DNA of 64,000 nt from Callorhinchus milii (lineage: Eukaryota): contig NW_024704743.1 of the NCBI RefSeq assembly GCF_018977255.1, positions 45,200,001-45,264,000 of the forward strand. The letters are read 5' to 3'. The translations under genes were made by a program, and so were the position numbers. A model generated the notes under the pieces. The model ran no database searches. It saw only the letters and a program-made list of their open reading frames with translations, and was not told where the DNA came from. Positions 1 through 12,000 of this stretch are shown here, one piece after another (within the stretch, counting starts at the first letter, position 1; each line of letters starts with the position of its first letter).

Positions 1-265
1 CCTCCTGGTTCCCTCCTTTTCAAATATCTAACTCCTCCCCTCACCCTCTGAAGCTTCATCCCACAGTCTCTCTGCCTTGCCCCCTCCCTTGCCTCCTTCA
101 AAACGCATCTCAAGACCCTCCTCTTCGACTGTGCCTTCGATCACCCTCCTTCCCCCTCTGCCCACCACACTTTCCAATTCCCAGCTCAGGTCCGAAAGAT
201 TGATTGTCCAGCGCCTTGGGACATCCTCCCAACGTGAAAGACATTATACAAATGTAATTTTTTTG
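1..265 (+). mobile_element. L2-clade LINE 3' end fragment
   Basis: cagcgccttgggacatcctcccaacgtgaaag tail shared with other L2 copies in the window. Confidence 0.75.
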
Positions 266-917
266 TTAAAACAGTAGGTTTTTGGATGTGATTTAAAGAC
301 AAACTGAGAGGGGCAAGAAGATTAGTAGAGCTAGGGAGATCCAGAGGTTAGGAGATAACAAAAGAATGATGAAGGGTTAAGCCAACATTTGATGAGAAAT
401 AGGAGCAGAGGTGGGCAATGTGCAGAGAATTGAATCGGATGCCGAAGTTGAACACTGGTTCGGTGAGTTTGAGACAGATCGAGGAGGCCAGAGCCAGAGT
501 AAGGAAATATTGAAGGGATCCGAGGAGGATGACTTCAGTCTTCTCATATTGAGCTGCATGAAGCTGAAGCTCATCTAGGCCTTAATTTCTGGTGTCAGGG
601 AAGGCAAGTAGAGTCTCCTTGCAGCTGAACTGAATACAAGGTGACATGTTTGGCAATGGAATGTCAGAATCAAGCCAGCCCTCTGTGGCGGTCGATCTCT
701 GTCATTCATTTCCTGAGCTAGGTGGGTCTGCTGTATTCCAGAGCTGACGATAGCCCAGCCAGGCTGGCTTATCAGCAAAACTTGGAATGGCAGACTGGGG
801 GCAAGGACTCTTCTCACTCAGCTCATGTTAACCCTGTAACAGGCAGGGTGGCCTAGCTGGACAAGCAGCAGGAAAGCTTGCCAGGCAGTGCTCTCAATGA
901 GAAACTCAATGGGAATT

Positions 918-1185
918 TTAGTTAGTTAAGACTCCAGCCATACCCAATGCACATTCTGGGGTCCCTAAAGCTTGGCTCTTTCTAGCATGCACCCTAATAC
1001 TCTGCAATTCGGTAAGCAGGATGCATCCCTCCAAGGAGAGTGGGCTTTCCATTTCAATAAATATCTCGGGAATTTTCCATGTATAGGTAGGATTCATGGA
1101 ATTGCTTGGTTCGGATATTCTTAAGCAAAGTGATTTGGATATTCTTAAGCAAAGGGGATTTCTGCCACATCTGACACCCACCACC
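918..1185 (-). repeat. Copy of an unclassified ~250-300 bp interspersed repeat (at least 7 copies in window)
   Basis: Alignable by eye with 3350-3490, 6737-6850, 8960-9090, 18505-18705, 57680-57920 and 58102-58305. Confidence 0.65.
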
Positions 1186-1942
1186 AAAAAAAAAAAAAAT
1201 TTATGCCTTGACCACTGATTGGCAAGCTGACCGATCAATGGACCTGAAATCAAGAGCAGTAATTGCTACATTCACATGGAATGTTAAGTGAAAGTTAACC
1301 GTACGTCTAAGGATGATATTATCAAGAGACAGCATGTAGAGGAGGAAAATAAGGGGGCCAAGGATAGAAACCCAACATACTCAACAGGGGATGGGAGGAG
1401 TATCTTTTAGATGACAATGTGGAGGCGACGATTAGAACCAGATGAGTGCGGTCCAACAGAGGGGTAACAGAGGAGGAGCCAAGTGTCAGAAATGTCAAGG
1501 AAGCAGAAGGAACCCTGGTTGCAGAGGGTGAACATCATTGGTGACTTTCACCACAGCTCTCTGAGTGCCGTTAACTGTCAACAAAAGCTGGACTGGAGGA
1601 GCTCAAGCAGGTAATGGAGGGAAAGGTGGGAGCAAAGTTGAGTGTCAGCAACGAGTTCCAGGCAGCAACGCATTGGATAGTAAGGAAGGACTGATAGTTG
1701 GGAGGATAAATATGGTTGAAACTATTAGCTATACTTTAGAATCTAAATTGATCTACTTATTTAATGAACAATAAGAAATGTTCAGGAACCAAACACTGAA
1801 ACCCTGGGTAACTGAAAAATCTGAAACAGTGACAATGGTTTTCCAGTTGAATTAACGTTTCGTTTTTTAAAAAAATATGAATAACTTTTGATGTACAAAT
1901 TTATTTACAATATTGAAGCATTTGCACCATCGATATACTAAC

Positions 1943-2080
1943 CGCTTTGATGAATTTCTCTGAGAGAGCACATTTGGATCCGAAGCTCTTGGTTTGAAGA
2001 GTCATGTTTTCCTTTGTTTGAGAATCAAATGTTGGGTTTTCAATTAGAGAATTGACAAAGACCCACAAATGATTTTTTAC
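1943..2080 (-). CDS. TOP2B: TOP2B coding exon 10 (VKNHLWVFVNSLIENPTFDSQTKENMT...FIKA); gene continues beyond the left edge
   Basis: AG/GT bounded, 138 nt; transducer QTK loop (FDSQTKE). Confidence 0.96.
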
Positions 2081-2170
2081 CTGTGTAGAATAATATTTAT
2101 GGTTATTTCTCCTTCAAATTATTAAAACTTCTGCATATAAAGTTAATGCAAAATTCTATTAAAACCTTAC

Positions 2171-2272
2171 CTGAAACGGCTTCACTGACACTCCAGCTTT
2201 ATTTTTCTTTTTGACAATTTCAATCAGTTTACTAACAATCTGATCAACTACATAATCAGTATGCCTACCACC
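2171..2272 (-). CDS. TOP2B: TOP2B coding exon 9 (GGRHTDYVVDQ...KAGVSVKPFQ)
   Basis: cacag acceptor, CAG|gtaagg donor, 102 nt; KNKAGVSVKPFQ is the beta-type sequence. Confidence 0.96.
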
Positions 2273-2504
2273 CTGTGAAAATAAAATTTTTAACATTAAA
2301 ATTCTAGATCCTAATGCTCATAATTTGAAATACAAACTGTAGAGTATAATATCTAACAAACATAATGCCTCGATTAAGGGAAAAAAGCCTCAAGAACACA
2401 TTGAGCAGTTTCAAAACTATTAGAAAGCAAACATATTTGATGCTTTCAAAAGCAGCATTGTACAAACTAATTTGACAAAATTACTCGACTTCTTAAATAC
2501 GAAC

Positions 2505-2678
2505 CTTTGTGGTAGCAATGCTATTTACAAAGCTGATTTGCTGGAAGCCTTTCTCGCTCATGGTGAGGCATACTTCCCACCGATCATTCACTGACTCGTG
2601 AACTACCTTTAGTGCAATACCAGTTTCATCCAACTTGTCTTTCACATAAAGATCAACATAACTTCGAAATCCATTTAC
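2505..2678 (-). CDS. TOP2B: TOP2B coding exon 8 (VNGFRSYVDLY...QQISFVNSIATTK)
   Basis: gtag acceptor, AAG|gttcgt donor, 174 nt. Confidence 0.95.
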
Positions 2679-4309
2679 CTACAGAAAGGAAGAAAACATT
2701 TAAGTCAGAAGGCTTTATCCAACAAACACACCAGCATCACTAATGTACACTTTTAGGTTTCATTCTTCCTTCTCCTACTTTCTAGTTGCTTCCAATGTTT
2801 TGTGACCTCTCTGTCAACTCATTCTAAACTTCTCTACTGTACCAGGTAAAGGCATTTCTTTTGCAATTAATTTCCTTAATTTCTGGGCAACATGGCAATA
2901 ATAGTTTATTGGTGGCAACTTAGCAATGGTACACCATGGCCAGATGTAGAAAAAAAGCTATTAATCTGTTTTACAGCGCATTTTCTCCTTTTCCCAAACA
3001 CACACAGCACCCATGTGAACTTTCCATTTCATATATCAACTAACTCTCAGCAGGACAGTCAATTAGTGCCTAATTACAGGCACTTTTGTGCTGTGGAACA
3101 GTAGCTAGCAGGAACTCGGTTGGGGCTGCGTAACTTATTTTTAGATTGGGCCGTTACAGCTAAACATAAAACATTATTTAATCAATCTAACATCAATCCT
3201 AGAAGATATGGAATCGGGTATCAATTCATAAGAGATTTTCCTTGTATACAATGTCAAAATTATGAAAAAAAAACTGAAAAATACAGATTACAATAGACTT
3301 GTATACTGATCAATCATAGATAAATGCTTCACAATAAATGATTACTGAATTAGCCGGTTAAACTCCAGCAGTACCCATACTCTGAGGTTCCCAAGCCTTG
3401 GCTCTTGCCAACCTGTCTAATATTCTCCAGAATCAAGTAAGCAGGATGCATCCCTCCAGGAACAAAGTGGTATTCCATTCGAAACACAGCAAAAGAGGAA
3501 AGTAGGTTGGAAGCAGTCTTGAGGACCTTGAAGGAGGCAAGGGAAGGGGCAAGTCGAAGAGTTTTGGAGATTAGGGCCAGATACGCCATTGATGGTGGGG
3601 CGGGGAACACGAAGCATGCCAGGAAGGAGGGGTTGGGTCGGGCCGGCCAATCTGCTTTACTAATAGTTAATTCAATAGTAATTGGGGAAAATAATAGTTC
3701 AGCATAAAATTTCAGACATTTTTTTTTAAGTTCATAAGCCCCATTTCAGCTCTTTGTCAGTCACAATGCGTCACTCACCAGCCATCTGATTTGAAAATCA
3801 GACCTACTTTTCCTTTCTCCACTATGCAATCAGTTAAAGTGTGATTCATACAGGCAAGATTATCATATTTCCCCTTTCAAACTCCTTTCAAATTAGGATA
3901 AAGTCACTTTGGCAACACACCGATTGGTAGAATACAGCTCTAGTCCCAAATGTCCTTATTCTCCTCCTCCTCACCCACCCACCCTCACACCCCATTCCCC
4001 AGTAAGCTCCCAGGTACTTTCGCAACATATGGAAAGTCAAAGAGCCAGACAATTTTGGGCTGCTCTTGGGCACCTATTCCTGTCTGATCCTAATATCGCA
4101 ATTGTTGAGGTCGGTCTTGACCAGTCAAGGAAAGTGCAAAGAGATGCTTTTAAATATGAAACTTGTGAGAAAATAGAGAACATTAATGTGAGCACACTAA
4201 AAAGATTCAAGTTCTTAGAACATTTTAGAAGTCAAGAGCATGAAACTACCTAACTGGATATTCCAATAGAACTATACATTTTAAGTAAAGTAAATTAAAT
4301 TTAACTCAC

Positions 4310-4522
4310 TGGCAGTTTCTTTCCATTTAACATGACTTTGACTCCTTTACAAGATCCAGCTATATCATAGGCTCTTCGAGTCATGAGGGCCACAATATCT
4401 TTGTCCAATTTCTCCATGTTGAATTTTGCTAAATCAGGTTGGAATGTAATGCACGTATAATCATCACCATCAAAAAACTTTATTTTAGATTCTGAGGATT
4501 TGTTCATGTTGTTGGTCCACGT
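4310..4522 (-). CDS. TOP2B: TOP2B coding exon 7 (TWTNNM...DYTCITFQPDL...NGKKLP)
   Basis: acag acceptor, CCA|gtgagt donor, 213 nt in frame. Confidence 0.96.
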
Positions 4523-6005
4523 CTGTTAAAATAAGTAAATAATGAAAAACCTTTTAGTCTCACAAGTAGAATATTCTGATATCTCATCTAGAATAGGTTC
4601 TCTACAAATACTCAAAGTGCCTCAAACTAAATGTTCCATAGAAATAAAATAAGATGGGATGTGCCTGTAACACAAAACTCAGTGTAAAAATAAATTCTTA
4701 ACATTGATTTCAGGGATAGCTATGAATATGGGTATGTTGATAAAATATTATTCAGTCTGTTTTGATTAATTGCTGAAAATAAAACATTGAGTTAAAAATT
4801 ATTCCAAGTATGATGCAAAATTTCCATAACACTTCACAACTGCTTTAAAATATTTAGACATATTTATCTTTTTTTAAAAAAAAGTAAATTGGGAAGATGG
4901 TTATAAATGTTTTCCCCAATTTGAGGATTAAAAGTTACGTTTAGATGAGGAAATAAATGTAGCAAGTGTAAATTAAACTATTTGGTTTTACAGCAAATCT
5001 ACACTACCGAAGTATAGACGTTTTACCTGCCTAAAAAATATCAATACTGGTGTCATTTTTGTTCCAATAATTGGCACCCCAGCCTTCAGGTCAGAGGGTT
5101 TCAGGCTCTGGCCCCATGTTGGGTCTTGATCTCATAGCCTAGACCAGGGTGGTCCAACCTTTTGACTGCTGAGGGCCAGGTGCCCTGTTTAAGCAATATT
5201 TTTGTTTTTCCCTTCCAGAAACATAACCTAATAACATTTACACAGTGCCTTTTACACATAGGAAGGACATCTCAAAGCTCTTGGCATTCTGTTGGCCATC
5301 TGAGCTGGAGATGAGAGCTGAGGGAGGTGGGAGGGGAAAAAAATGACTGAAAGATTTAGGTGAAATGCAGTATAACAGTTAGGTTTTGAAGTGCTTTGAA
5401 AGAAGGGAGGGAGAGAGAGAGTCAGAGCGACTCCAGAAATGGAGCTTCAGACATCGGGGGGCAAAATAGCGATGGTGGGACAGGTGGGTGGAGGGACACG
5501 AAGCAAGGCGGTGTTTGCTGAACAAAGGGAACAGTCGGGAGATCACAGAAGCAGGGAGGAGGGGGGATGAAGGCCATAAAGTTTCTCACGGGGGAAAGAG
5601 GGAACTTGCTGTGAGGAACCTACAAAGCACATAGCTCGGTGTCTGTCCATTGTTTTTCTGCCTGTCTTCAGGTGAATTCTGAACTCTTTTCTCCCTCTAA
5701 TTTTTGCCATTTCCTTTTTCCTTTCATAAATGATAAATGTGTTCTGGACAATAGTCTTCCCCTATTCAAATTCACCCTAAAAAAATTAATTGGCTATTTA
5801 TCTCAAAACTTTATGGGACATTGTTAGTGCAAATTAGCTGCTGTGTTTCCCTAGATAACACTCACTATACTTTTTTTTAAACACTTTGAAACATTCATTG
5901 TGATAAGGCATTATGTTAAATGCAATTATTGATACAATCCAAAGCTCTTTAGAGTGGATGAGGACTGTAGGAAATTCTACAACAATGTTCAGGGAGCTGA
6001 TTTAC

Positions 6006-6103
6006 CTGTTTAAAGCTGCTTTTATACTCCTTGCAAGCAGTTTCAACTGTAAACCTGGTGCTGAATATGTTGCAGAGTTTAGCACCATATCCATTTCTTC
6101 CCC
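6006..6103 (-). CDS. TOP2B: TOP2B coding exon 6 (GGRNGYGAKLCNIFS...FKQ)
   Basis: AG/GT bounded, 98 nt; ATP-lid motif GGRNGYGAK. Confidence 0.97.
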
Positions 6104-6216
6104 CTGAAAAACAATAAGTATCACAGCTTTCCTTCACAAACAAATAAAATTGTAGGCATCAAACATCAGACTGAAATTAACATTCAACACAAAATATCGC
6201 TGCAATAAGTTTTTAC

Positions 6217-6362
6217 CTGTAACTTTCTTTTCTTCATCATCATAGTTACTGGATGTTAAAAGCTGCCCAAATATCAAAGCAGGCACGAATACCTTTTCTA
6301 CTTTATGTTCCACCACTGGAATACCCTTCCCATTGTTCCAAATGCTAATGATATTGGAATCA
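6217..6362 (-). CDS. TOP2B: TOP2B coding exon 5 (DSNIISIWNNGKGIP...LLTSSNYDDEEKKVT)
   Basis: AG/GT bounded, 146 nt; NNGKGIP and TSSNYDD motifs. Confidence 0.96.
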
Positions 6363-6633
6363 CTGAAAAACAGACAAATCTTTGTTAAGACATTAATATA
6401 TTTAAAACTAAGAATTTGTAAATATTTAATTTGCTGAAAGGAAAGTAGCCATTACAGAACATAGCAACTGATCAGTTACAAGTCAGCAAATGAATGGACT
6501 TTTTTTGGGGGTCAGCTGGGTGTCTGACATCAAAACGTTTTGGCCTATACAATCTTCACAAGGTCATTTGACAAGTTTCAGTAAATAATTAATATGAACT
6601 GCAAAAGCCTTGCACACTTGTTCAAATACTTAC

Positions 6634-6697
6634 ACATCAATTGAAATTTTGATACACGTCATATTCTTGTCCCTCTGCTTGTTGTCAGCTGCATTAA
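6634..6697 (-). CDS. TOP2B: TOP2B coding exon 4 (VNAADNKQRDKNMTCIKISID)
   Basis: AG/GT bounded, 64 nt, phase 1 to 2; NAADN motif. Confidence 0.96.
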
Positions 6698-7035
6698 CTG
6701 AAAAAGAATTGAAACATTTTATCCAATTTTTGGGGGGGTCAGCCAGGAGTCTGATAAATGGGGAAAGCCACATGTCAGACACCCGGCTTAAGAGTATCCA
6801 TCACCATTCCTAAAGAGTATGCAAACCAAATAGAGTTCCATGTATTCCATGTGAGAGCACTGCCACGATCTTTCTGCCTACAGTTCGGATACATGTCCTT
6901 TCCCATTGAGTGACGAAAAATTGCAATAAATGTCTGTTAAAATCCATCTCCATTCTGCTGAATTGGTCTATATCTTTTATGGTTATTTATTTTATACATT
7001 ATTTTCAGGATATTAGCACCATACAGAAAACTTAC

Positions 7036-7126
7036 CGAGAATTTCATCAAATATTTTGTACAGGCCTGGAACATAGGTAACATCTCTGAGGTTCATACCC
7101 ACATCTTCATCATAAACCCACATTGG
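7036..7126 (-). CDS. TOP2B: TOP2B coding exon 3 (PMWVYDEDVGMNLRDVTYVPGLYKIFDEIL)
   Basis: AG/GT bounded, 91 nt, frame-consistent; PGLYKIFDEIL GHKL motif. Confidence 0.96.
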
Positions 7127-7299
7127 CTGAAAAGAAAGTACACATTTTATTATTTGATTTTTTATGTTTACTAACTATTTCCATTGTCTATTTAACTTCC
7201 GAAGTGGCCACTTTCTCCATGTTGCTTTCCTCTGACAACGTCTCTTCCCCCACACTCTACAAGCTAAAACTATAGTAGCAGTTATAGATCTTCTATATT

Positions 7300-8356
7300 C
7301 AGGGCGAAATGTTGGGCAAGTTTCTTACTCCACATGCCTGTTTACCTAGCTGTAAATAGGAACCCGGTTGTTAGTCGATTGGTGGATCGCTTTTCCTGGG
7401 ATAAGAATTCCTTAAAAAAAAGTAATAATTTGGTCACGTAATCCATGACTGTTTGTGGGACACTGCTGTGCGGAACCTCGGCGTTCTGTTCGACCCTGAG
7501 CTGTCCTTTCTCCCTCACATTCGCGACACAACTGGCACTGCCTTCCATCACCTCCAAAACATCGCCAGACTACGGCACTACCTCACCCCTCACGCGGCTG
7601 AAACCCTGGTCCACGCCTTTGTCACCTCAAGGCTGGACTATGGGAACTCTCTCCTCGTCGGCCTTCCCGCCACCTCCCTCCACAAGCTGCAGGTCATTCA
7701 GAACTCTGCAGCTCGTGTACTGTCCCGCACCAGGCTTCGCCACCACATCACTCCCACCCTCGCTCGCCTCCACTGGCTCCCCATCCCCCAGAGGATTGAT
7801 TTCAAGATCCTCATCCTCACCTACAAGGCCATTCACGGCCTTGCTCCCTCCTACCTCTCCAACCTACTATCCCCCTACCTACCTGCCGTACCCTCCGTTC
7901 CTCTGGCTCCGGTCTGCTCCACATCCCCCGCCCCAACTGCCCTACCATCGGTGGTCGGGCCTTCAGCCTCTCAGCTCTGGAACTCCATCCCCCAGTGCCT
8001 TCGCCGCCTCCTCCCTTTCCTCCTTCAAGGCCGGTCTCAAGACCTTTCTCTTTGACCGTGCCTTCAGCTCCCCTCTCGACTCTCTACCCCCTCCTCGCTC
8101 CCTCCCTTCCCTCCCCTCACCCTGACCATTTCCCCCCTGCTCGGGTCCTGACCCAACTGTCCAGCGCTTTGGGACGTCCTCCCAACGTGAAAGGCGCTCT
8201 ATAAATGGAATCTTGTTGTGTTGTTGTCTTGTTGTGCGCATTTGGCTGCCCACAAAATATACAGTCAATTCACTTTACAGTATATTCTGTGAAGCGCTTT
8301 GAGACATCTTGAAGACGTGATCAGGCGCTATATCAAAAGGATTATTATTATTATTA
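7300..8356 (+). mobile_element. tRNA-derived Deu-type SINE interrupted by an L2 insertion
   Basis: SINE body (ttgggcaagtttc...actgtttgtgggacactgctgtg) resumes at 8233 and ends in an (att)n tail. Confidence 0.85.
7473..8232 (+). mobile_element. Young 5'-truncated L2 LINE (C-terminal ORF2 plus 3'UTR and (TTG)n tail), TSD TGTGCG
   Basis: ORF VRNLGVLFD...SRLDYGNSLL...LHWLPIPQRIDFKIL is typical L2; TGTGCG at 7467-7472 and 8233-8238. Confidence 0.92.
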
Positions 8357-10812
8357 CTGCAATTACTGTTCACTATTTGGACATTCTCTAAAACAAGTGC
8401 TAGAATTTGGGGGGGAGGTTGCAAAGTAACCCAAAATCAAAATAAAATCTTAAGTTATACCACCCCTTTGTTATCTTCCTCTACTTCTGAAACATATCCC
8501 AAGTTGACAGTGTGAGGAAAATATAAAGTGAAGAAAGAATAATAATTTCTATGGATATTGCAATTTCATTTAATATTCTTTAAAACAAGCGGGGACAGAC
8601 CCAGGTGGCCTCAATAGACTGAGCCATTGTCATCCTTCATACTGAACATTAACCAAGAATAAAATTATTAGTGTACCTTTTACATTAAATTTTACAATCA
8701 TAAACTTTGGATTGATCACCAATTTCACATTAGAAAAGTTTTATTAATGAACATTACAAATCTACAACTAGGGTACTGATTTGCTTAAATCTAAGGTACT
8801 TTCCTGTCTCATACAAAATCTTGAGCCTGAATCCTTCTGCTTCCATTTAGTCAAAAAAACAATTTTATCAATGCTTTAAATAAACCTGCACTGAATTCAT
8901 CAGTTGGATTAACTGTGAAACTAAACAGTAGACATGCATTCTATGTAGATTTTTGTTAAGTCAGCTAGGAGTCTGACACATGCATGAATCTGTAACCTTG
9001 CTGAAGAGTATCCAAACCAGATAGAGTTTCACAAATTATGCCGCCTACGAATAGAAATTTCTGTGTCTGGAATGTGGACTCTCTCCCTTGAATACACCTT
9101 ACTTATAATATAATCCTTGCGATTGACATCTGGTGACCTGCTTGGCTCAGAAACTAGACTAACAATGCCACCACAGAGGATTGACTCCATTCTGACATTG
9201 CTTGCCACACATGTCACCTTGTAGCCAGCTCAGCTCCCGGATCTGGGTCTGTCCCCTCGGAAGGATAATGGGTGAACTGCAATTCCCAGTGGGCTTCAGT
9301 GTCTCCGTACATTCAGGGCGCAGGCCACTATTTGCGAGAAGTTCACTTCAGGTCCTGGCACAGATGTGAAAAGCTTGGCAATATTTTTCCGCAGTGCAGT
9401 GCACTTTGAAGATATATCCAATAATGGGAATATCTAAATTCTGATACTTTAACGTTATAAGTTGTGTGATGAATATAGCAGAGTCCCTTATTCACACTTT
9501 ACATGGGAAACAGCCAGGATATTGACAACATGGTGACATAAACCATTTGATGATATAAGCCAGTGATTTATTATCAGGAGTTTGGAAATTTGGAAAAGTT
9601 ATGAGATGGTAAATAACCCTCAATAACAAATTTGCTATATGGAGCAGAAAACACTAAGTACATAAGAAAATCTGATGTGCCGTGTCCTTTTGTTAGAAAG
9701 GTTGTTTCACAGTTCTTCTTGAGATGCAATTAACTTTCTACATCTACCTGAATTTACAGAGAATAAAGAAAACAAACGTATTTATAATTTAGTTTATCCA
9801 CTTAAGATCCAATAGTCTGATCTATATAAATCATATAATCGCCTAAGTTGTGCATCTGCACAAGCCCAGTTTAATTTCCTATTAAATCCACTTAACTTTA
9901 AATGCGCCAGTCATATTAACAACCGTGTAACTTGTAGCAATTCTTCAGCAGTTGCCCCTACCAAACTTACCGGCTGTCGTTTCCCAGCCCTACCTTAAAC
10001 AGAACACTCCTATATTATGAAAGGGAACTCTGCCCATTAATGTCATGACTGGAGAACAGCCTCGTGGCTACAAGAGCAGTGCTGTACCTATTTGCCTGTT
10101 TTCAGGTTTTACAGCTGTGTAAAGTATTAGGCTACACGCATCTCCTTTTATAACTGAGACAATTAAGTGAACTCTTAACATCCCCCTTCAACTCTTAAAT
10201 AATTCACACGTTTGGATCAACTGCAAGAAAAATACAATAAAATCTGGTGAGGCAACATTCAAATAAAACATTTACGGGTTATAAAACAGGTTGAAAAGTA
10301 TATGAAAGTGGTTGCTCCGGAAAATGATTGGCCTGAAAATTTCCATTTTGAAACCATGCCTTAATGTCAGCGAGTTCGGTTCTTGTAATTTATTATGTGT
10401 AAGTCATATGAAATCTGACTTATATGTAACTTTACAGAAGTCACATATGATAAGACTTATGCAAGTTTGACATAACTGCTACTCTGTATCAGTCATATTA
10501 AATGTATGGTTGCAACTGTTATGTCTTAATTGAGGTTTACTGTACCTATCTTGCTGCTAAAAACTGGTGAACTCTTTCCAATGCTTCAGTTTTGTTTACA
10601 CATAAAAGACAACAATGTTTAAAAAAAAAGGACAAAATCTGAAAATGTTTACTTTAGGGACCATTATTTACACTGACAATATTCATAAATATAATGTTTG
10701 TGAGGCTTCCATTAAGAACCCCAGCATCTAAAATCAATGTGGATAATAAGGCAGAAAAGAATTTATGTCTCATTTAAACAAGCGCCACAGCAGCCTACCT
10801 AAAATATCTTAC

Positions 10813-11001
10813 CTGAGTTAGAGATTGAATGGATCCAATGTAGGTATCTGGACGGAGCAGAATGTGTTCCAACTGTGTTTTCTTCTGATACACTCTTTCC
10901 ACAGACATTTTCTTTGAAGCATCAGACATCTTCTTTGAAGTGTCACTTTTAGAATTGATTTCTTCCTTATTTGCAAGATTTTTCTGATTATTGAACAAAG
11001 T
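10813..11001 (-). CDS. TOP2B: TOP2B coding exon 2 (TLFNNQ...SVERVYQKKTQLEHILLRPDTYIGSIQSLTQ)
   Basis: tttttttgcag acceptor, CAG|gtaaga donor, 189 nt; type IIA topoisomerase N-terminal motif EHILLRPDTYIGS. Confidence 0.96.
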
Positions 11002-11071
11002 CTGCAAAAAAAAATGTTGCAATTGTTGTTTACCACTACAAAACAATATTACAGTTAAGTGCTAATGAAAC

Positions 11072-12000
11072 AACATAAGAACAGGAATAGATAATTTGGC
11101 CAGTAGAGATTGCTGATCCATTTTATTAGATCATCGCAGGTATTTCCTCTTTTTTTAAAAAAAAAGCTGTTTTCCCTGCACTTTCTCCATATCCCTTAAT
11201 TATCTCCTCACTTTTCAAGAATCTATCCATCTCCCTTTTAAACACTTTGATAAATCTGCATTATAACTGTAGAACTTTACAGCATAGAAAGCAGCCATTC
11301 GACCCAATTATGGTTGTGTTCTTTGAAAGAACAACTATTAAGTCCCATTTACCATGTCCTCTCCCTGAATGCAATTCTCTAGCTGTCTAACAATTATATA
11401 AGTTAACCATCACTTATTTGGTTTTATATTCTTTTTGCCATTATTAATGGCAGGATGCCATTTGCTTTTCCACAGCTTTGATCACTTCCCTCGCCATCTT
11501 TAAAGATGTATGTATTTAACATACCTGATATTCTACACCTTTTAAAATGTTACAATTTAGCATATAAATCACCTTATTCTTCCTTCCAAAATATCTAACC
11601 TTACACTTTTTTAAATTAAATTTCATCTGCCATCTCTCTGCCTAATTTACTTGTTTATGACATTTATGGAAATTCCATATTCACACAGCCCTTTATGGGA
11701 AGCAATGTTTCCTTTTTTCATTTTTAAATACCAGCGCTAATTTTTTTTTAAAGATTTGTTCCCTCAGTCTGGATTTATCTACCAGAGGAAAAAGTCAATT
11801 TGTCAATCATCTTCATTGTTTTAAAACACCTCAATCTGAGCTGTAGAAAACTTAACCCATGTTTAACCAGTTTTGAATCATGGCTATGTCCCTTCATCCT
11901 GTTGGTGAATTTCCTTCCAAGGCTACAAAATCATGGACCAAGTATACTTCCTATGTGGAAAACACAGTACTCCAAATAAGGTTAGGTCAACTGCAATAGT
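11072..12000 (-). mobile_element. Decayed CR1-type LINE 3' fragments
   Basis: Reverse CR1-like tail (aacataagaacaggaatag...; cagccattcgacccaatt) and degenerate RT-end remnants. Confidence 0.5.

Noticed and set aside
5020..5040. ttttag|GCAG|gtaaaa as a 4-nt microexon or recursive splice site in TOP2B
   Set aside because: Weak donor, short host intron and no supporting context; likely chance.
7445..8268. 200-226 aa ORFs as host genes
   Set aside because: They are L2 ORF2 C-terminus and alternative frames of the same element.
9001..9030. CTGAAGAG...AAAC hammerhead-like motif in the unclassified repeat
   Set aside because: GAAA core is not intact, no helix I pairing was found, and other copies do not keep CUGAnGA.
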